From IMG/VR virus record IMGVR_UViG_3300029554_000001: 64,000 nt of DNA; one strand, 5' to 3'. The notes under the pieces were generated by a model. It did no database searches and was not told where the DNA came from. It was given only the letters and a program-made list of their open reading frames with translations. Numbering within the stretch: the stretch's first letter is position 1; every line of letters begins with the position of its first letter. Shown here in pieces: positions 21,347 to 31,975 of the stretch. A program made the translations under genes and the position numbers. This stretch comes from a virus.

Positions 21347-21929
21347 AAAGAATTATAGCTGGCTTAATTTAAGCTATTTAAATAAATCTTATAAAGGATT
21401 ACCTTTTTTACATCCAAAAAATTTAAAAGACCTTTATCCTGTACACAAGCAGAGAAAAGATAGAGCTTTTAAGGGTTGGTGTAATAGGGACATTTGGAAT
21501 TTTGATGGTTGGTTTCAACAGGTAATCCCTGAAATGTTAGAAGAATTAGCTAAAACTCATGTTGGCTACCCAATGATTGATTTTGACAAAACTCGTCAAA
21601 CTGGCAAACGAGAATATCGTGGTTGGAATGAGCTTACAAGAGAAAAGTTCAATTCTGACGAAGAATACAAAACCGCAGAAGAAGCCCAGTGTAAGGCATG
21701 GGAAGATTACCTGAAAGAAATTGCAACTCATATTCGCAATTCTACTGAAGAGACTTGTCCTAAGAAAAACTCTGTTCTTGAAAAGTATGACGGATGGGCA
21801 AATAAAATTCCCGAAGAAGAACAAGAACAGTATTATCAAGAAAGCGCTGAAATTGATAAGTATATGCAAGCTGAAATTGAAAAAGCTTTAGATATGATTA
21901 AGCCTATCTTTTTTGATTTGTGGGATTAA
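21333..21929 (+). CDS. Hypothetical protein
   Basis: 198-aa ORF overlapping the upstream stop. Confidence 0.6.
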   Translation: MMMSKKNYSWLNLSYLNKSYKGLPFLHPKNLKDLYPVHKQRKDRAFKGWCNRDIWNFDGWFQQVIPEMLEELAKTHVGYPMIDFDKTRQTGKREYRGWNELTREKFNSDEEYKTAEEAQCKAWEDYLKEIATHIRNSTEETCPKKNSVLEKYDGWANKIPEEEQEQYYQESAEIDKYMQAEIEKALDMIKPIFFDLWD

Positions 21930-21933
21930 AAAA

Positions 21934-22113
21934 ATGAGTAAAAAAAGAGTAAAAATTTTAACCTATGATTCACTAATTTTTGAATCTCGTTTAAATATGT
22001 GGCTTAGTAGTTCTAAAAAGAATATTACAGATATTCAATTTACTACAAGATACGATGACGTGTTAGGCAGGGAAAGATATACTGCTTTTATTAAATATGA
22101 GGTAGATAAATGA
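21934..22113 (+). CDS. Hypothetical small protein
   Basis: ATG 21934 lies just after the upstream stop. Confidence 0.5.
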   Translation: MSKKRVKILTYDSLIFESRLNMWLSSSKKNITDIQFTTRYDDVLGRERYTAFIKYEVDK

Positions 22114-23228
22114 TTTATTTAGACCATGCGGCTACAACTTTTGTATCGTCTGAAATCATTGATATTATTAAAGATGATTTAGCTGAATATTGGGGTAATG
22201 CAAGCACGACCTATGGTTTAGGGCGTAAGAGTAAAAATTTAATTGAGGAAAGTCGTGCAAAAATTGCGCATGTTATGTGTGCTTTTCCAGAAGAAATTTA
22301 TTTTACTTCTGGTAGTAGCGAAGGTAATGCGTGGGCTTTAGCTCAAAAAAGCAAATGTTTATGTAGTCCTTATGAGCATCATAATATCACAGAAAATCCC
22401 AAGTCAATAATTATTGATAAGAATTATCTTATTGATGCTGTTAAAGTTACAGAGAAAAGTGAAGAGTTGGGTTTTCTGTGGGGAGATTATAGTGGATTTC
22501 TTTTGTCTTGGATGTATGTAAATAATGAGACAGGAGAAATTTTTAATCCTCGTGAACATATGGATTTAGCTCATAGACTTAATATGTATTATCATTGTGA
22601 TATGACACAGGCTTTAGGTAATGTTCCTATTGATATTAGACACATGGCTGACATTGCTACTTTTAGTGGACATAAGGTGCATTCTCCTAAAGGTGTTGGC
22701 TTTATTTATTTTTCAAAAGATACTTTTCCTGTTGAGAAGATTAAGCCTTTAATTTATGGTGGAGACCAAGAAAGTAATCGTAGAGCTGGTACTGAAAATA
22801 TTCCTTATATTCATGCTTTAGCTTTAACTGTTGATAAAGCTGTTGCCCATCAAAAAGAAAAAGATTTAGCTTGTAAGAAAATGAAGAGAGCTTTTCTTGA
22901 AGAACTTGGTAAATTATTTGAACCAAATGATTATATGATTGTTTCTCCTGCAAATAGTATTAATTCTACAGTGTGTGTTTGCTTTCACAATGTAGAGGGA
23001 GAAATTCTTCAATCTATGTTAGATGAAAAGGAAATTTATGTAGGGACAGGAAGTGCGTGTAATACAGGAGATATGAAAGCATCTGCTGTGTTAGAAGCTA
23101 TGAAGATTCCAGAAGATTATATTCGTGGAGAAATTAGAATTTCTATGAATGAAACTCAAAATACAGTTGAAGATGTAATTGAAACTGCAAGAGTATTACA
23201 TGAATGTTATAAAATGGTTAGGAGTTGA
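22110..23228 (+). CDS. Cysteine desulfurase (NifS/IscS-like class V aminotransferase)
   Basis: PLP-lysine motif FSGHKVHSPKGVGF, RRAGTENI, and a C-terminal GSACN active-site Cys loop. Confidence 0.85.
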   Translation: MIYLDHAATTFVSSEIIDIIKDDLAEYWGNASTTYGLGRKSKNLIEESRAKIAHVMCAFPEEIYFTSGSSEGNAWALAQKSKCLCSPYEHHNITENPKSIIIDKNYLIDAVKVTEKSEELGFLWGDYSGFLLSWMYVNNETGEIFNPREHMDLAHRLNMYYHCDMTQALGNVPIDIRHMADIATFSGHKVHSPKGVGFIYFSKDTFPVEKIKPLIYGGDQESNRRAGTENIPYIHALALTVDKAVAHQKEKDLACKKMKRAFLEELGKLFEPNDYMIVSPANSINSTVCVCFHNVEGEILQSMLDEKEIYVGTGSACNTGDMKASAVLEAMKIPEDYIRGEIRISMNETQNTVEDVIETARVLHECYKMVRS

Positions 23229-23233
23229 TTATA

Positions 23234-25012
23234 ATGAACTTTAAGCCAAGTACATATCAACAAGATATTTTAGATTTTTTTCTTAACAATCCTCAAAGTA
23301 ACATGCTTGTAAATGCTTTGGCTGGAAGTGGTAAGTCAACAACTGCTTGTATGCTTTCTGAACATTCAAAAACTTCTGATTTATATATTGCATTTAATGC
23401 AAGTGTAGTTGAGGAGTTTAAGAAAAAGATTAAGAATCCTAAGACTAAGGTTATGACGATGCATTCTTTAGCATATTCTATTATGCTTTATAATGTAGAA
23501 CAAGAATCTAAGGATTCAGGAGAAAAGCCAAAAGGTTTTGGTTCTCAGCGCTCTAAAAGAACTGTGAGTTTAGATAATTTTAAGCCACATAAAATTCTTG
23601 ATGAAGAAATCACAAAACGTTATGGTAGATATATTGAATTTGCCAAGCGAGTTTTCTTGAAAGATAATTATGTAAATCTTTATAATTTGTGCAGATTAAC
23701 TCTTACCGATATGTCTTCAAATAAAGATGTATCTCGTTTAATTGATGACCATGTATTATTTTTGTATTATGGTGACGAAGGTTATTCTGCGCCTGATATT
23801 AGTGAAATTACTTCTACATTGAAGATTCTTGATACTAAAAGTAGACAACAATTTGAAACTCAAGGTGTAATTGATTTTACTGATATGTTGTGGATTACTT
23901 TTAATAAACTGAAATATGATAATTGGGAAGTCCCTTATTGGGCTTTGTATACAAATATTTATTGTGATGAGGTTCAAGATTTTTCTAATATTCAATTAAA
24001 TTTTCTAAAGTTTATTAAAAGAACTAAGGGTAGATATGTTTTTATTGGAGATTTTCATCAGGCCATTTATAATTTTGCTGGTGCTAATGCTCAAGCTTTT
24101 AATCAAATTCCTAAGATGTTTGCTCCTGTAGAAACTTTTGATTTACCTATTTGTTATCGTTGTGCTAAGTCTCATCTTAGTAGAGTAAATAGAGAATATG
24201 GGATTCCTATTCTTCCTTGTGATGATGCTCCAATGGGGTTTGTTAAAACTATTGACAAAAACAAAATTTCAGAGTATGCTAAAGCAGGAGATATGGTAAT
24301 TTCCAGAAAAAACAAATGGATAGCTGAGGTAGTGCTTGATTTAGCTCGAAATGGAACACCTATTTTTATTGAGGATAAAGATATGGTAGCGGCAATTAAA
24401 AGACAGATTTTATCATCCAAATGCACCTCGGTTGGCACACTCGAAAAATTCCTTCAAAAAGTAATAAGTAATTATAATAAAAAACTCTTTGAAATCGTTT
24501 CAAAAAATGTCCGTGAGGGGGGACACGAGGAAGAGCGTTTGGAAGCCGTGGCGGAGACAAATTCTAAGATAGATAATACGAGCTTTTTGTTAGAGATTTT
24601 GGAAGGGTATCTTGAAAATCATGCCTCTTCTGATAGTATTTCTAAATTTTCTAATTTTATTGATAAACTATTAAATACTACACCTTCTCCTAATTGTGTT
24701 AGACTTTGTAGTATTCATAAAGCTAAAGGCCTTGAAGCTACGAATGTTTTTGTTTTGAATGAAGCTAAAATTAATTATGATTTTAGGAACAGTAAAGAAC
24801 AAAATATTCAGGAAAAGAATTTAAGTTATATTGCAACTACTCGTGCAAAAGAGGGTTTGTATCTTGTTAAAGAACCTTCTAAGACAATAACTACTAGAAA
24901 GACTGATTATCTTCTTTCAGATAACTATCTTCTTCCAGATAACGATGTTTTAAAGAAAAGGGAACAGGATTTTAAGAAAGCTATTGTACGAGAAATTATG
25001 AGTTGTTTTTAA
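23234..25012 (+). CDS. UvrD/PcrA-like SF1 helicase
   Basis: NALAGSGKST Walker A, YCDEVQDF (DExx), FIGDFHQAIYNFAGA, SIHKAKGLE, YIATTRAKE. Confidence 0.85.
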   Translation: MNFKPSTYQQDILDFFLNNPQSNMLVNALAGSGKSTTACMLSEHSKTSDLYIAFNASVVEEFKKKIKNPKTKVMTMHSLAYSIMLYNVEQESKDSGEKPKGFGSQRSKRTVSLDNFKPHKILDEEITKRYGRYIEFAKRVFLKDNYVNLYNLCRLTLTDMSSNKDVSRLIDDHVLFLYYGDEGYSAPDISEITSTLKILDTKSRQQFETQGVIDFTDMLWITFNKLKYDNWEVPYWALYTNIYCDEVQDFSNIQLNFLKFIKRTKGRYVFIGDFHQAIYNFAGANAQAFNQIPKMFAPVETFDLPICYRCAKSHLSRVNREYGIPILPCDDAPMGFVKTIDKNKISEYAKAGDMVISRKNKWIAEVVLDLARNGTPIFIEDKDMVAAIKRQILSSKCTSVGTLEKFLQKVISNYNKKLFEIVSKNVREGGHEEERLEAVAETNSKIDNTSFLLEILEGYLENHASSDSISKFSNFIDKLLNTTPSPNCVRLCSIHKAKGLEATNVFVLNEAKINYDFRNSKEQNIQEKNLSYIATTRAKEGLYLVKEPSKTITTRKTDYLLSDNYLLPDNDVLKKREQDFKKAIVREIMSCF

Positions 25013-25026
25013 GAAAGGATAATTTG

Positions 25027-25239
25027 ATGGCTAAGATTGAATGTAAAGGTTGTACTCCTAATTGTCCTTATTTTCCATATATGGATGGAACAGTTGATTG
25101 GGAATATAATGAGGAAGGATTGAAAGTCAGAAAGAAGAAAAAAATTTTTGTTTGTTCTTATGACGGTCATCAAATTACAAATTGGACTGATGCGTGTCCA
25201 AAAGAATTAGATAGAATACTTAGTGAAAAAATTAATTAA
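25027..25239 (+). CDS. Small Cys-rich protein
   Basis: RBS AAGGA upstream; CKGCTPNCP ... C..C. Confidence 0.55.
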   Translation: MAKIECKGCTPNCPYFPYMDGTVDWEYNEEGLKVRKKKKIFVCSYDGHQITNWTDACPKELDRILSEKIN

Positions 25240-25259
25240 TTATAAAAGGAGTATTTAAA

Positions 25260-25988
25260 ATGGCTAATATTTTTAGTCGCAATTACAAGTTCGATGAGCC
25301 AAAAGTAACTTCTACTCAGGACAAGGGTTATTTTACTACCGAAGTTGCTTCTACTGATGAAGATGGTAAGATTGTTTCTTCTTCTGGTTATGTTTCTGTT
25401 TGGAAGCCCAAGGTAATGCATTGTCCTGACTGTGGTTGTCCTCTTATCCTTAATAACGGTGAGCTTGAATTTGCCGATGAAGATGATGACCTCTATGACT
25501 CTGACGATGACCTCTATGAAACTTGTGTTGAGTATGAGGAAGTAAATAAAGATATGTTTGACCTTCCTCCTTATTACAACATTTGTTATGGCATTCCTGC
25601 GGACCTTTCTTTGGGTAGTGATACTGCTCGTAGACTTGATAATTATTATCATATTGTTGATAAGATTTCTGATAAGTTTGATGAGCGTTGTGCTGGTGAA
25701 ACTATTTGGCTTCGGAATTTGTTTTTGCTTATGATTGCTAACAAGAAGTATGAACCAATTACTATGACCAATCTTGAACATTGTATTGAAGACCTCGCTC
25801 AGTATTGCATTAATGAAGAGATTTCTTATCTTGCTATGCCTTTTATTGGGTGTGGTAAGGGGAAACTTGATTGGACGGATGTTCGTGCTATGATTATTAA
25901 AGTTTTTACTGAAGCTATCAACGAGGCTAAAAAGTTTGATTCTGAATATAATGGTTACAAGATTCATCTTACATTTTGCTACCAGTAA
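25260..25988 (+). CDS. Hypothetical protein (C-terminal half weakly macro-like)
   Basis: RBS AAAGGAG upstream. C-terminal YLAMPFIGCGKGKLDW resembles the macro-domain aFP.igtG..g segment. Weak call. Confidence 0.6.
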   Translation: MANIFSRNYKFDEPKVTSTQDKGYFTTEVASTDEDGKIVSSSGYVSVWKPKVMHCPDCGCPLILNNGELEFADEDDDLYDSDDDLYETCVEYEEVNKDMFDLPPYYNICYGIPADLSLGSDTARRLDNYYHIVDKISDKFDERCAGETIWLRNLFLLMIANKKYEPITMTNLEHCIEDLAQYCINEEISYLAMPFIGCGKGKLDWTDVRAMIIKVFTEAINEAKKFDSEYNGYKIHLTFCYQ

Positions 25989-26096
25989 ATTTGACCGATT
26001 GGATTAGTAAAAAATAACTGAATAAACCCTTGACAAATGTAAATCTCTATGGTAATCTAATCATAGAGATTTACTTATTAAGAAAGGAAGTGGAAA

Positions 26097-27023
26097 ATGC
26101 CCTATAAAAAAAGAAAAGATAATTTGTGGTGTGTTTATAAGCATACAAGCCCTTCTGATGGAGTATATATAGGAATAACAAGTGATTATCCTTTAGCAAG
26201 ATGGAGAAATGGTCGAGGATATGATTGTTGTGAAGTTATGAATAAAGCTATAAAAAAATATGGCTGGGAAAATTTTACTCATGAAATATTATTTGATAAT
26301 TTAACAAAAGAAGAAGCTTGTTAGAAAGAAATAGAATTAATAGCCTTTTACAAAAATTAGGGACATTGTTATAATTTAGCTGAGCGGGGAACTAATGGAT
26401 TAGCTTCAGAAGAAACTAAAAAGAAAATGTCTTCAAATAGACAGCGGAAAAACGCTCATGGTTGGCGGCATATTGTTTCTTCAGAAACTAAACAAACGGT
26501 AGCTAAAAAAATAAAAGGTATTAAAAGAAATTCAAAGACTAAAGAAAAATTAAGTAGCACGCATAGTAAAAAAGTTTATTAGTATAATTTAAACGGAGAA
26601 TTAATTCAGGAATGGGACAGTGTATATCAAGCATCTAATATATTAGGATTAGCTCGAAGCCCAATTACACGTTGTAGATTATATTAGCAAAAAATTTATT
26701 AGAACTGTTTATGGCTGCTTGATTATATTGATGCTATATTAATATAGAAATATTTAAACAATGAAATCATTATTCCTCCGATTAAAAATAAGTCTTTATT
26801 ACAAAAGAAAGTAAGTTGTTTTTAGGATGAGAAAAAAATTAAAACTTTTGATTCTATAAAAGAAGCTTCAAAATGGTCAAAAATTACTGAACAGCAAATT
26901 CGGTATGCTTGTAAAAACAATAAAATTGCAGGAGAATATTATTGGAAATATGAAGAAGATTATTTTGGTGACAATTATTTTCTTTATTGGGCCAATAATC
27001 AGGATAAAATAAAATAGGAGTAA
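26097..27023 (+). CDS. GIY-YIG homing endonuclease (8 in-frame TAG)
   Basis: VYKHTSPSDGVYIGIT...RW..G and YNLAERG (GIY-YIG core), plus basic NUMOD-like repeats. 308 codons with 8 TAG and no TAA or TGA until 27021. Confidence 0.8.
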
Positions 27024-27024
27024 T

Positions 27025-28284
27025 ATGGAATATTGTAAATATCTTATTTTAGTAGACCCTAATAATAATGGGGTTGATTCAAATAAATTCTACAAAATGG
27101 CTGGAAATGGTGATGATACGTTTACTGTAGAATTTGGTCGTGTTGGTGCCACTCCTCAGACTAAAACTTATCCTATGTCTAAATGGAATTCTACTCTTGC
27201 CTCTAAGTTGAAGAAGGGATATGTTGACCGTTCTGATTTGATGCAGGAAGTTATTGCTGATTCCAAAATTGAGGATAAGTCTAATGGAGTAGATGAATTT
27301 AGTTTGGTTCAAAACCTATCTGTCCGAGAGATTGTTAAACGTCTTTGGGATTATGCTAATAAGACTATTCAATCTGCTTATTCTGTTCGTGCTGAAGCTG
27401 TTACTCAGGCTATGATTGATGCTGCTCAGGAAAAGATTGACTATATTGCAGCGAATTACAAAAACTGGTCTGTTGAGGAATTTAACAAGAATTTAAATGA
27501 GTTGTTCATTATTGTCCCTCGTAAGATGAAGCGTGTTTCTGACTGTCTTGTTTCTGATTCTTCTGAATACGACAAAAAGCTTTCTGAGGAACAAAGCTTG
27601 CTTGATACTATGGCTGGTCAGGTTTATAAGCCAAAGGCGAGAATTGTTGATGCTGGTTCTGAAATTAAGGCTTCTGAAAGTATTTTACAGAAGATGGGTA
27701 TTACCATGGAAGAAGCTACTCAGGAAGATATTGCTAAAATTAAAAAGGCAATGGGGGATTCTGCTGGAAAGTTTTACAAGGCTTGGCGTGTTACTAATCT
27801 TGAGACTGAAGAAAGATATCAGAAATTTACTTCAGAAAATAATATTGGTAATGTAAAATTATTCTGCCATGGTAGCCGAAATCAGAATTGGTTTAACATT
27901 CTTAAGATGGGTTTAAAGATTCGCCCCGCAGGAGTTATTACAACAGGTTTGATGTTTGGAAAGGGCGCCTATTTCTCGAATAGTGAGAAGTATCATGGAG
28001 GGGTAGCCAAATCTATTGGTTATACTTCTTTAGGTGGATATTGGACTCGTGATTATCAGAATTGCGGCTTTATTGCTTTCTTTGATGTGGCTATTGGAGA
28101 TAGTGTTGATGCCTATTCTTTTGATTCTAAGTATTATTCTTATAATCTTGAGAGGCTAAAAAAGGACAATCCTAAAGCTTGGAGTTTGTGGGCTCATGGC
28201 AATACTTCTATGCTTCGCAACGATGAAATTATCGTTTACGATGATAGACAAATGACTATTCGATATTTAGTGGAGATTAGATAA
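27025..28284 (+). CDS. WGR domain + PARP catalytic domain protein
   Basis: N-terminal KFYKMAGNGDDTFTVEFGRVGA (WGR). C-terminal H-Y-E signature: LFCHGSRNQNW, GKGAYFS, NDEIIVYD. Confidence 0.8.
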   Translation: MEYCKYLILVDPNNNGVDSNKFYKMAGNGDDTFTVEFGRVGATPQTKTYPMSKWNSTLASKLKKGYVDRSDLMQEVIADSKIEDKSNGVDEFSLVQNLSVREIVKRLWDYANKTIQSAYSVRAEAVTQAMIDAAQEKIDYIAANYKNWSVEEFNKNLNELFIIVPRKMKRVSDCLVSDSSEYDKKLSEEQSLLDTMAGQVYKPKARIVDAGSEIKASESILQKMGITMEEATQEDIAKIKKAMGDSAGKFYKAWRVTNLETEERYQKFTSENNIGNVKLFCHGSRNQNWFNILKMGLKIRPAGVITTGLMFGKGAYFSNSEKYHGGVAKSIGYTSLGGYWTRDYQNCGFIAFFDVAIGDSVDAYSFDSKYYSYNLERLKKDNPKAWSLWAHGNTSMLRNDEIIVYDDRQMTIRYLVEIR

Positions 28285-29037
28285 ATGAAAGAGCCTGTAA
28301 AAATTGGAGACGTTTTCGGTCGTTTGAAGGTTTTGTACAAGTGTGATTACTAGTATCATGGACCTAATCGGAAACGAGCTAATTTGTGGCATGTGCAATG
28401 TTAGTGCGAAAATAAAACAGAATTTGATGTTTTAACAAATAGTTTGACTTCTGGTAACACAAGGTCTTGTGGTTGTTTACAAAAAGAGGCTACTATTGAG
28501 AGTGGAAAGAAAAGAAGAAAATTAAACAAATATGATTTAAGTGGAGAATATGGGATAGGATATACTTCTAAAAATGAACCTTTTTATTTTGATTTAGAAG
28601 ATTATGATAAAATAAAAGAATATGTTTGGGTATATAATAAAGAAAAATATCCTGTTACAACTGTTTATAAAAATAATCAGCCTCATTATTTACATTTAAA
28701 AAGATTTGTTTTAGATATTACTGACTCTAAAATAGATGTAGACCATAAAAACCATGTTCCTTATGATTGCAGAAAAGAAAACTTAAGACCTTTAGAACAT
28801 TATCAAAATATTGGTCATTGTAAAATTTATACTAATAATACTTCTGGTGTTAAAGGCGTAAGTTACGATAAAATGCGAAATAAATGGAAAGCTTCTTTAG
28901 TTGTAAATAAAGAAACTAAATTAAACAAACGTTTTGATACTTTTGAAGAAGCTGTAAAAGCACGTCAAGACGCAGAAGAAAAATATCAACAAGGATTTAG
29001 ATACAATTCTGATGAAGATTTGTATAATAGAGGATAA
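28285..29037 (+). CDS. HNH-type homing endonuclease with AP2 DNA-binding domain (2 in-frame TAG)
   Basis: GDVFGRLKV...SCGC N-terminus, VDHKNH...NLR (HNH), GVKGVSYDKMRNKWKASL...FDTFEEAVKAR (AP2). TAGs join ATG 28285 to the track ORF at 28444. Confidence 0.75.
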
Positions 29038-29042
29038 ATAAA

Positions 29043-29531
29043 ATGATTGGTGAAATGCAGACTGTTTCTAGCGTAACTTTTGGTATTCCTTCTGATTTTC
29101 CTTCTCTTGTAGACTCTGTTGTGGGTTCTCTTAAAAAGGGATATAGAGATTATTGTTTTACAAATAAGCAACTAAAAGAAATTATTGAAAAATGCCACGA
29201 GGCAAATGTAAGTTTTGCTTATCGTAAGCAGTTAGATGAAGATTACAAGATTGAATATATTGAACTTATTCCTTGTACTTTTTATTTCGCAGAAACAGTC
29301 GAGGAAAATAAAGTCGAAAACATTCAGGTAGCAATGGAAAATCTTCCTGTGGCATTAATTTTCTGTCCTAAAAATAATAAGACTGATATTACTATTGATG
29401 CTGATTATCAGGAAAAGAATGAAAAAAGGGCAAAGAGTTATAAGAAGCTTGCATATTTCGATGATGATGGTTGTCCAGTATATATTGAAGACCTTACGAG
29501 AATGAGAAAGGAAAAAGAAAATGGAGTATAA
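29043..29531 (+). CDS. Hypothetical protein
   Basis: 162-aa ORF; no family recognised. Confidence 0.6.
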   Translation: MIGEMQTVSSVTFGIPSDFPSLVDSVVGSLKKGYRDYCFTNKQLKEIIEKCHEANVSFAYRKQLDEDYKIEYIELIPCTFYFAETVEENKVENIQVAMENLPVALIFCPKNNKTDITIDADYQEKNEKRAKSYKKLAYFDDDGCPVYIEDLTRMRKEKENGV

Positions 29532-30354
29532 AACATTAGGCGATAGAATGAAAGGAGCTTACGAGAATAAATATCGCAATTATCTTCCTGAGAATCTTCC
29601 TGTTATTGTTAGGCTTGATGGGCAGCACTTTCATTCCTTCTGTCGTGGTATGAAGAAACCTTTTGACCCAATTTTTGTTAAAACTATGCAACAAACTATG
29701 CTTAAGCTCTGTGAAATTATTCCTAATGTTAAGTTTGGTTATGTTGAATCTGATGAAATTTCTCTTGTCATGATTCAAAGTGAAAGAAATTCTCAGCCTT
29801 GGTTTGATAATAATATTCAAAAGATTGTTAGTACATCTGCTGCGCTTTGCACTCTTTGGTTTAATAATTATTTTGCTGAGAATACTATTATTGATACAAC
29901 TTTGGATATCTTTAATATGGACCAAGATTCTTATGATTGGCGAATGGTTCGTAAGGGAAAAGAAATGCCTACTTTTGATAGTAGAGTATTTGTTGTCCCT
30001 GCCTTTGAAGTGCATAATTATTTTGTTTGGAGACAGCAGGATTGTACTCGAAATTCTATTCAGGCAGTTGCTCAATCTTTGTATCCTCAAAAAGAACTTC
30101 ATGGTATTAACACTACTAAATTGCAGGATAAGATGTTTACTGAAAAGGGTGTAAATTGGAACGATTATACGACAGTAGAGAAACGTGGTACTTGTGCTTA
30201 TCGTGTTCCTACTACTGTTATTGGCAAAGATGGTCAGGAGGCTATTCGTTATAAATGGGTTCTTGATTATGAAATGCCGATTTTAACAAGTGAAGAGGGT
30301 AAAAACTTTATTAGTCAAAAGGTATTTACCAATGAGTTTATTCAAAAATCCTGA
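29521..30354 (+). CDS. Thg1-like protein (tRNA-His guanylyltransferase family 3'-5' nucleotidyltransferase)
   Basis: IVRLDGQHFHSF, KPFD, GYVESDEISLV, FDSRVFVVP....YFVWRQQDCTRNS and EKRGT align with the Thg1/TLP signature blocks. Confidence 0.85.
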   Translation: MEYKTLGDRMKGAYENKYRNYLPENLPVIVRLDGQHFHSFCRGMKKPFDPIFVKTMQQTMLKLCEIIPNVKFGYVESDEISLVMIQSERNSQPWFDNNIQKIVSTSAALCTLWFNNYFAENTIIDTTLDIFNMDQDSYDWRMVRKGKEMPTFDSRVFVVPAFEVHNYFVWRQQDCTRNSIQAVAQSLYPQKELHGINTTKLQDKMFTEKGVNWNDYTTVEKRGTCAYRVPTTVIGKDGQEAIRYKWVLDYEMPILTSEEGKNFISQKVFTNEFIQKS

Positions 30355-30748
30355 ACGTGCTAAATAGCTTGTAGATTTTAGCGGACTAAATGTTGAGGGA
30401 ACTAGTATATATCCTTCTGATTTAGATTTTATCTTAGAACTTTGGGATGTCGGATATATGTTCGGAGAGTTTAAATATAAAGGAAAAGAAGTCGAAAGAG
30501 GGCAAGATTTATATTTAACTCGTATTGTAAGAGCTACAGAAAAAGCAGATAAATTTACTATTAGCTTTGTTGCAGACCATTATATATCTGACACTCACGA
30601 AATGATTCCTGCCGATAAATGTATTGTAAGAAAATATATGTTTACTGGTATATATACATGGCTGTATCCAAAAGAGAAAACTACAGTCAAAGAGTTGCAG
30701 GATTGGTTTGTCCAAAAATGTAGATTTAAAAAACAATATAAAAACTAA
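30332..30748 (+). CDS. Hypothetical protein (1 in-frame TAG)
   Basis: ATG 30332 is in frame with the track ORF at 30458 through TAG 30365. Confidence 0.55.
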
Positions 30749-30817
30749 TATTAATCTATTGACAAAAAATTAAAATTGTGCTATATTATTTTTATAAAAA
30801 GAAAGGAGATAAATCCA

Positions 30818-31345
30818 ATGCAGTTTCAAGTTATGAGTCGTAGAGATTGTGTTAAGTATAGTTATGGTTCTCATGAAGAATCTTCTATTGTAATTAGCAT
30901 TAACGATTCTGCCGATATTGGAGTGCGTCAACTTCCTAACAAGTTTAATAATATTAAAGCGCAATTATCTCTCTTTTTTGATGATATTCAGCCATATAGA
31001 GGTATGAAATACTGGAAGAAAGATGAAGGCGTAATTATAGAAAATTATACAAACGCAGATGGGTTTGTATATGAGTCTCGCATGTATCAGCTTATGACTG
31101 AAAAAGATGCTAAGAAAATTATTGGTTTTGTCAATAAATGGTATAATAAAGTAGATAAGATTATTGTTCATTGTAATGCTGGTATTAGTCGTTCTTCTGG
31201 AGTTTGTGCTGGTATTATGAAATGTTTTACTGGGGATGATAGCCAGATTTATGATAATCCGTATTATCATCCAAATACTTTGTGTTATAATCTTATTTTA
31301 AATGAATATTACAAGGAAGGAGGAAAAAGCAATGGAGAGGATTAA
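30818..31345 (+). CDS. Cys-based phosphatase (PTP/dual-specificity-like, HCX5R)
   Basis: IVHCNAGISRSSG active-site loop. RBS AAAGGAG before ATG 30818. Promoter TTGACA..TATATT upstream. Confidence 0.7.
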   Translation: MQFQVMSRRDCVKYSYGSHEESSIVISINDSADIGVRQLPNKFNNIKAQLSLFFDDIQPYRGMKYWKKDEGVIIENYTNADGFVYESRMYQLMTEKDAKKIIGFVNKWYNKVDKIIVHCNAGISRSSGVCAGIMKCFTGDDSQIYDNPYYHPNTLCYNLILNEYYKEGGKSNGED

Positions 31346-31655
31346 TGCAAAAGTGGGGACGCTTGATACGGGTCGAGGAGTATGCGGTATTTGTTCAGGA
31401 TGCGAAAACGAATTGATTTGCAAATACACAGACGATGTGTTCGAAGCAGAGAAGGCTTTTAATGAGCTCAAGAAAAGTATTAAAGATTATCCTGAGTGTC
31501 TTTCTGTAAAGCTTACTTGTAAATATAAGAAGTATGTTACTACCAAGGCTGACATGTGGGGGTCAGATTGGGCTGGTTCTACTTATACTCGTACAAGTGC
31601 GAATTCTAATTTAGATATTACTCCTACATTGAAAAAGTCAGAATTTTTTTATTAA
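31332..31655 (+). CDS. Hypothetical Cys-containing protein
   Basis: RBS GGAGGA before ATG 31332. Confidence 0.55.
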   Translation: MERINAKVGTLDTGRGVCGICSGCENELICKYTDDVFEAEKAFNELKKSIKDYPECLSVKLTCKYKKYVTTKADMWGSDWAGSTYTRTSANSNLDITPTLKKSEFFY

Positions 31656-31696
31656 ACCATTGACAAATTAATGTTTGTGTGGTAATATAAATATAC

Positions 31697-31900
31697 AGTT
31701 GGTTAATCGGCAGTTACGAGAAGACAAGATAACTCGTAAAGAAATGTGGTGCAACAGCTTTCTTGTCAAAGTGCCTAATATGTTGCCAAAAGACACCTTG
31801 CATCCAACTATAAAATCAAAAGGTAGCGAGTGTATCATTTTAACGGTTTTGGGTACACATCTAAATAAAACTTTGAGAAAAAATAAAAAGAAAGTTTTAT
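31697..31900 (+). ncRNA. Candidate ~200-nt structured RNA (promoter to terminator, no credible ORF)
   Basis: TTGACA..TAATAT promoter at 31661-31689. Helices TTACGAG/CTCGTAA, GCAACA/TGTTGC and AGTTGG/CCAACT. Terminal hairpin AAAACTTT...AAAGTTTT at 31867-31898. Confidence 0.4.
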
Positions 31901-31975
31901 TAAAGCCTTGACAATTTGATGATTGTATGTTATGATTATCATGTTGAAAGGGAAAAGACAAACAATAAAAAATAT

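Noticed and set aside
25236-25967. Minus-strand ORFs at 25236-25967, 54676-55548, 29536-30102, 8452-8859, 10031-10468 and similar
   Set aside because: All lie antisense to plus-strand ORFs that carry recognisable motifs or operon coupling. AT-rich DNA with few TAA/TGA in the antisense frame explains their length.
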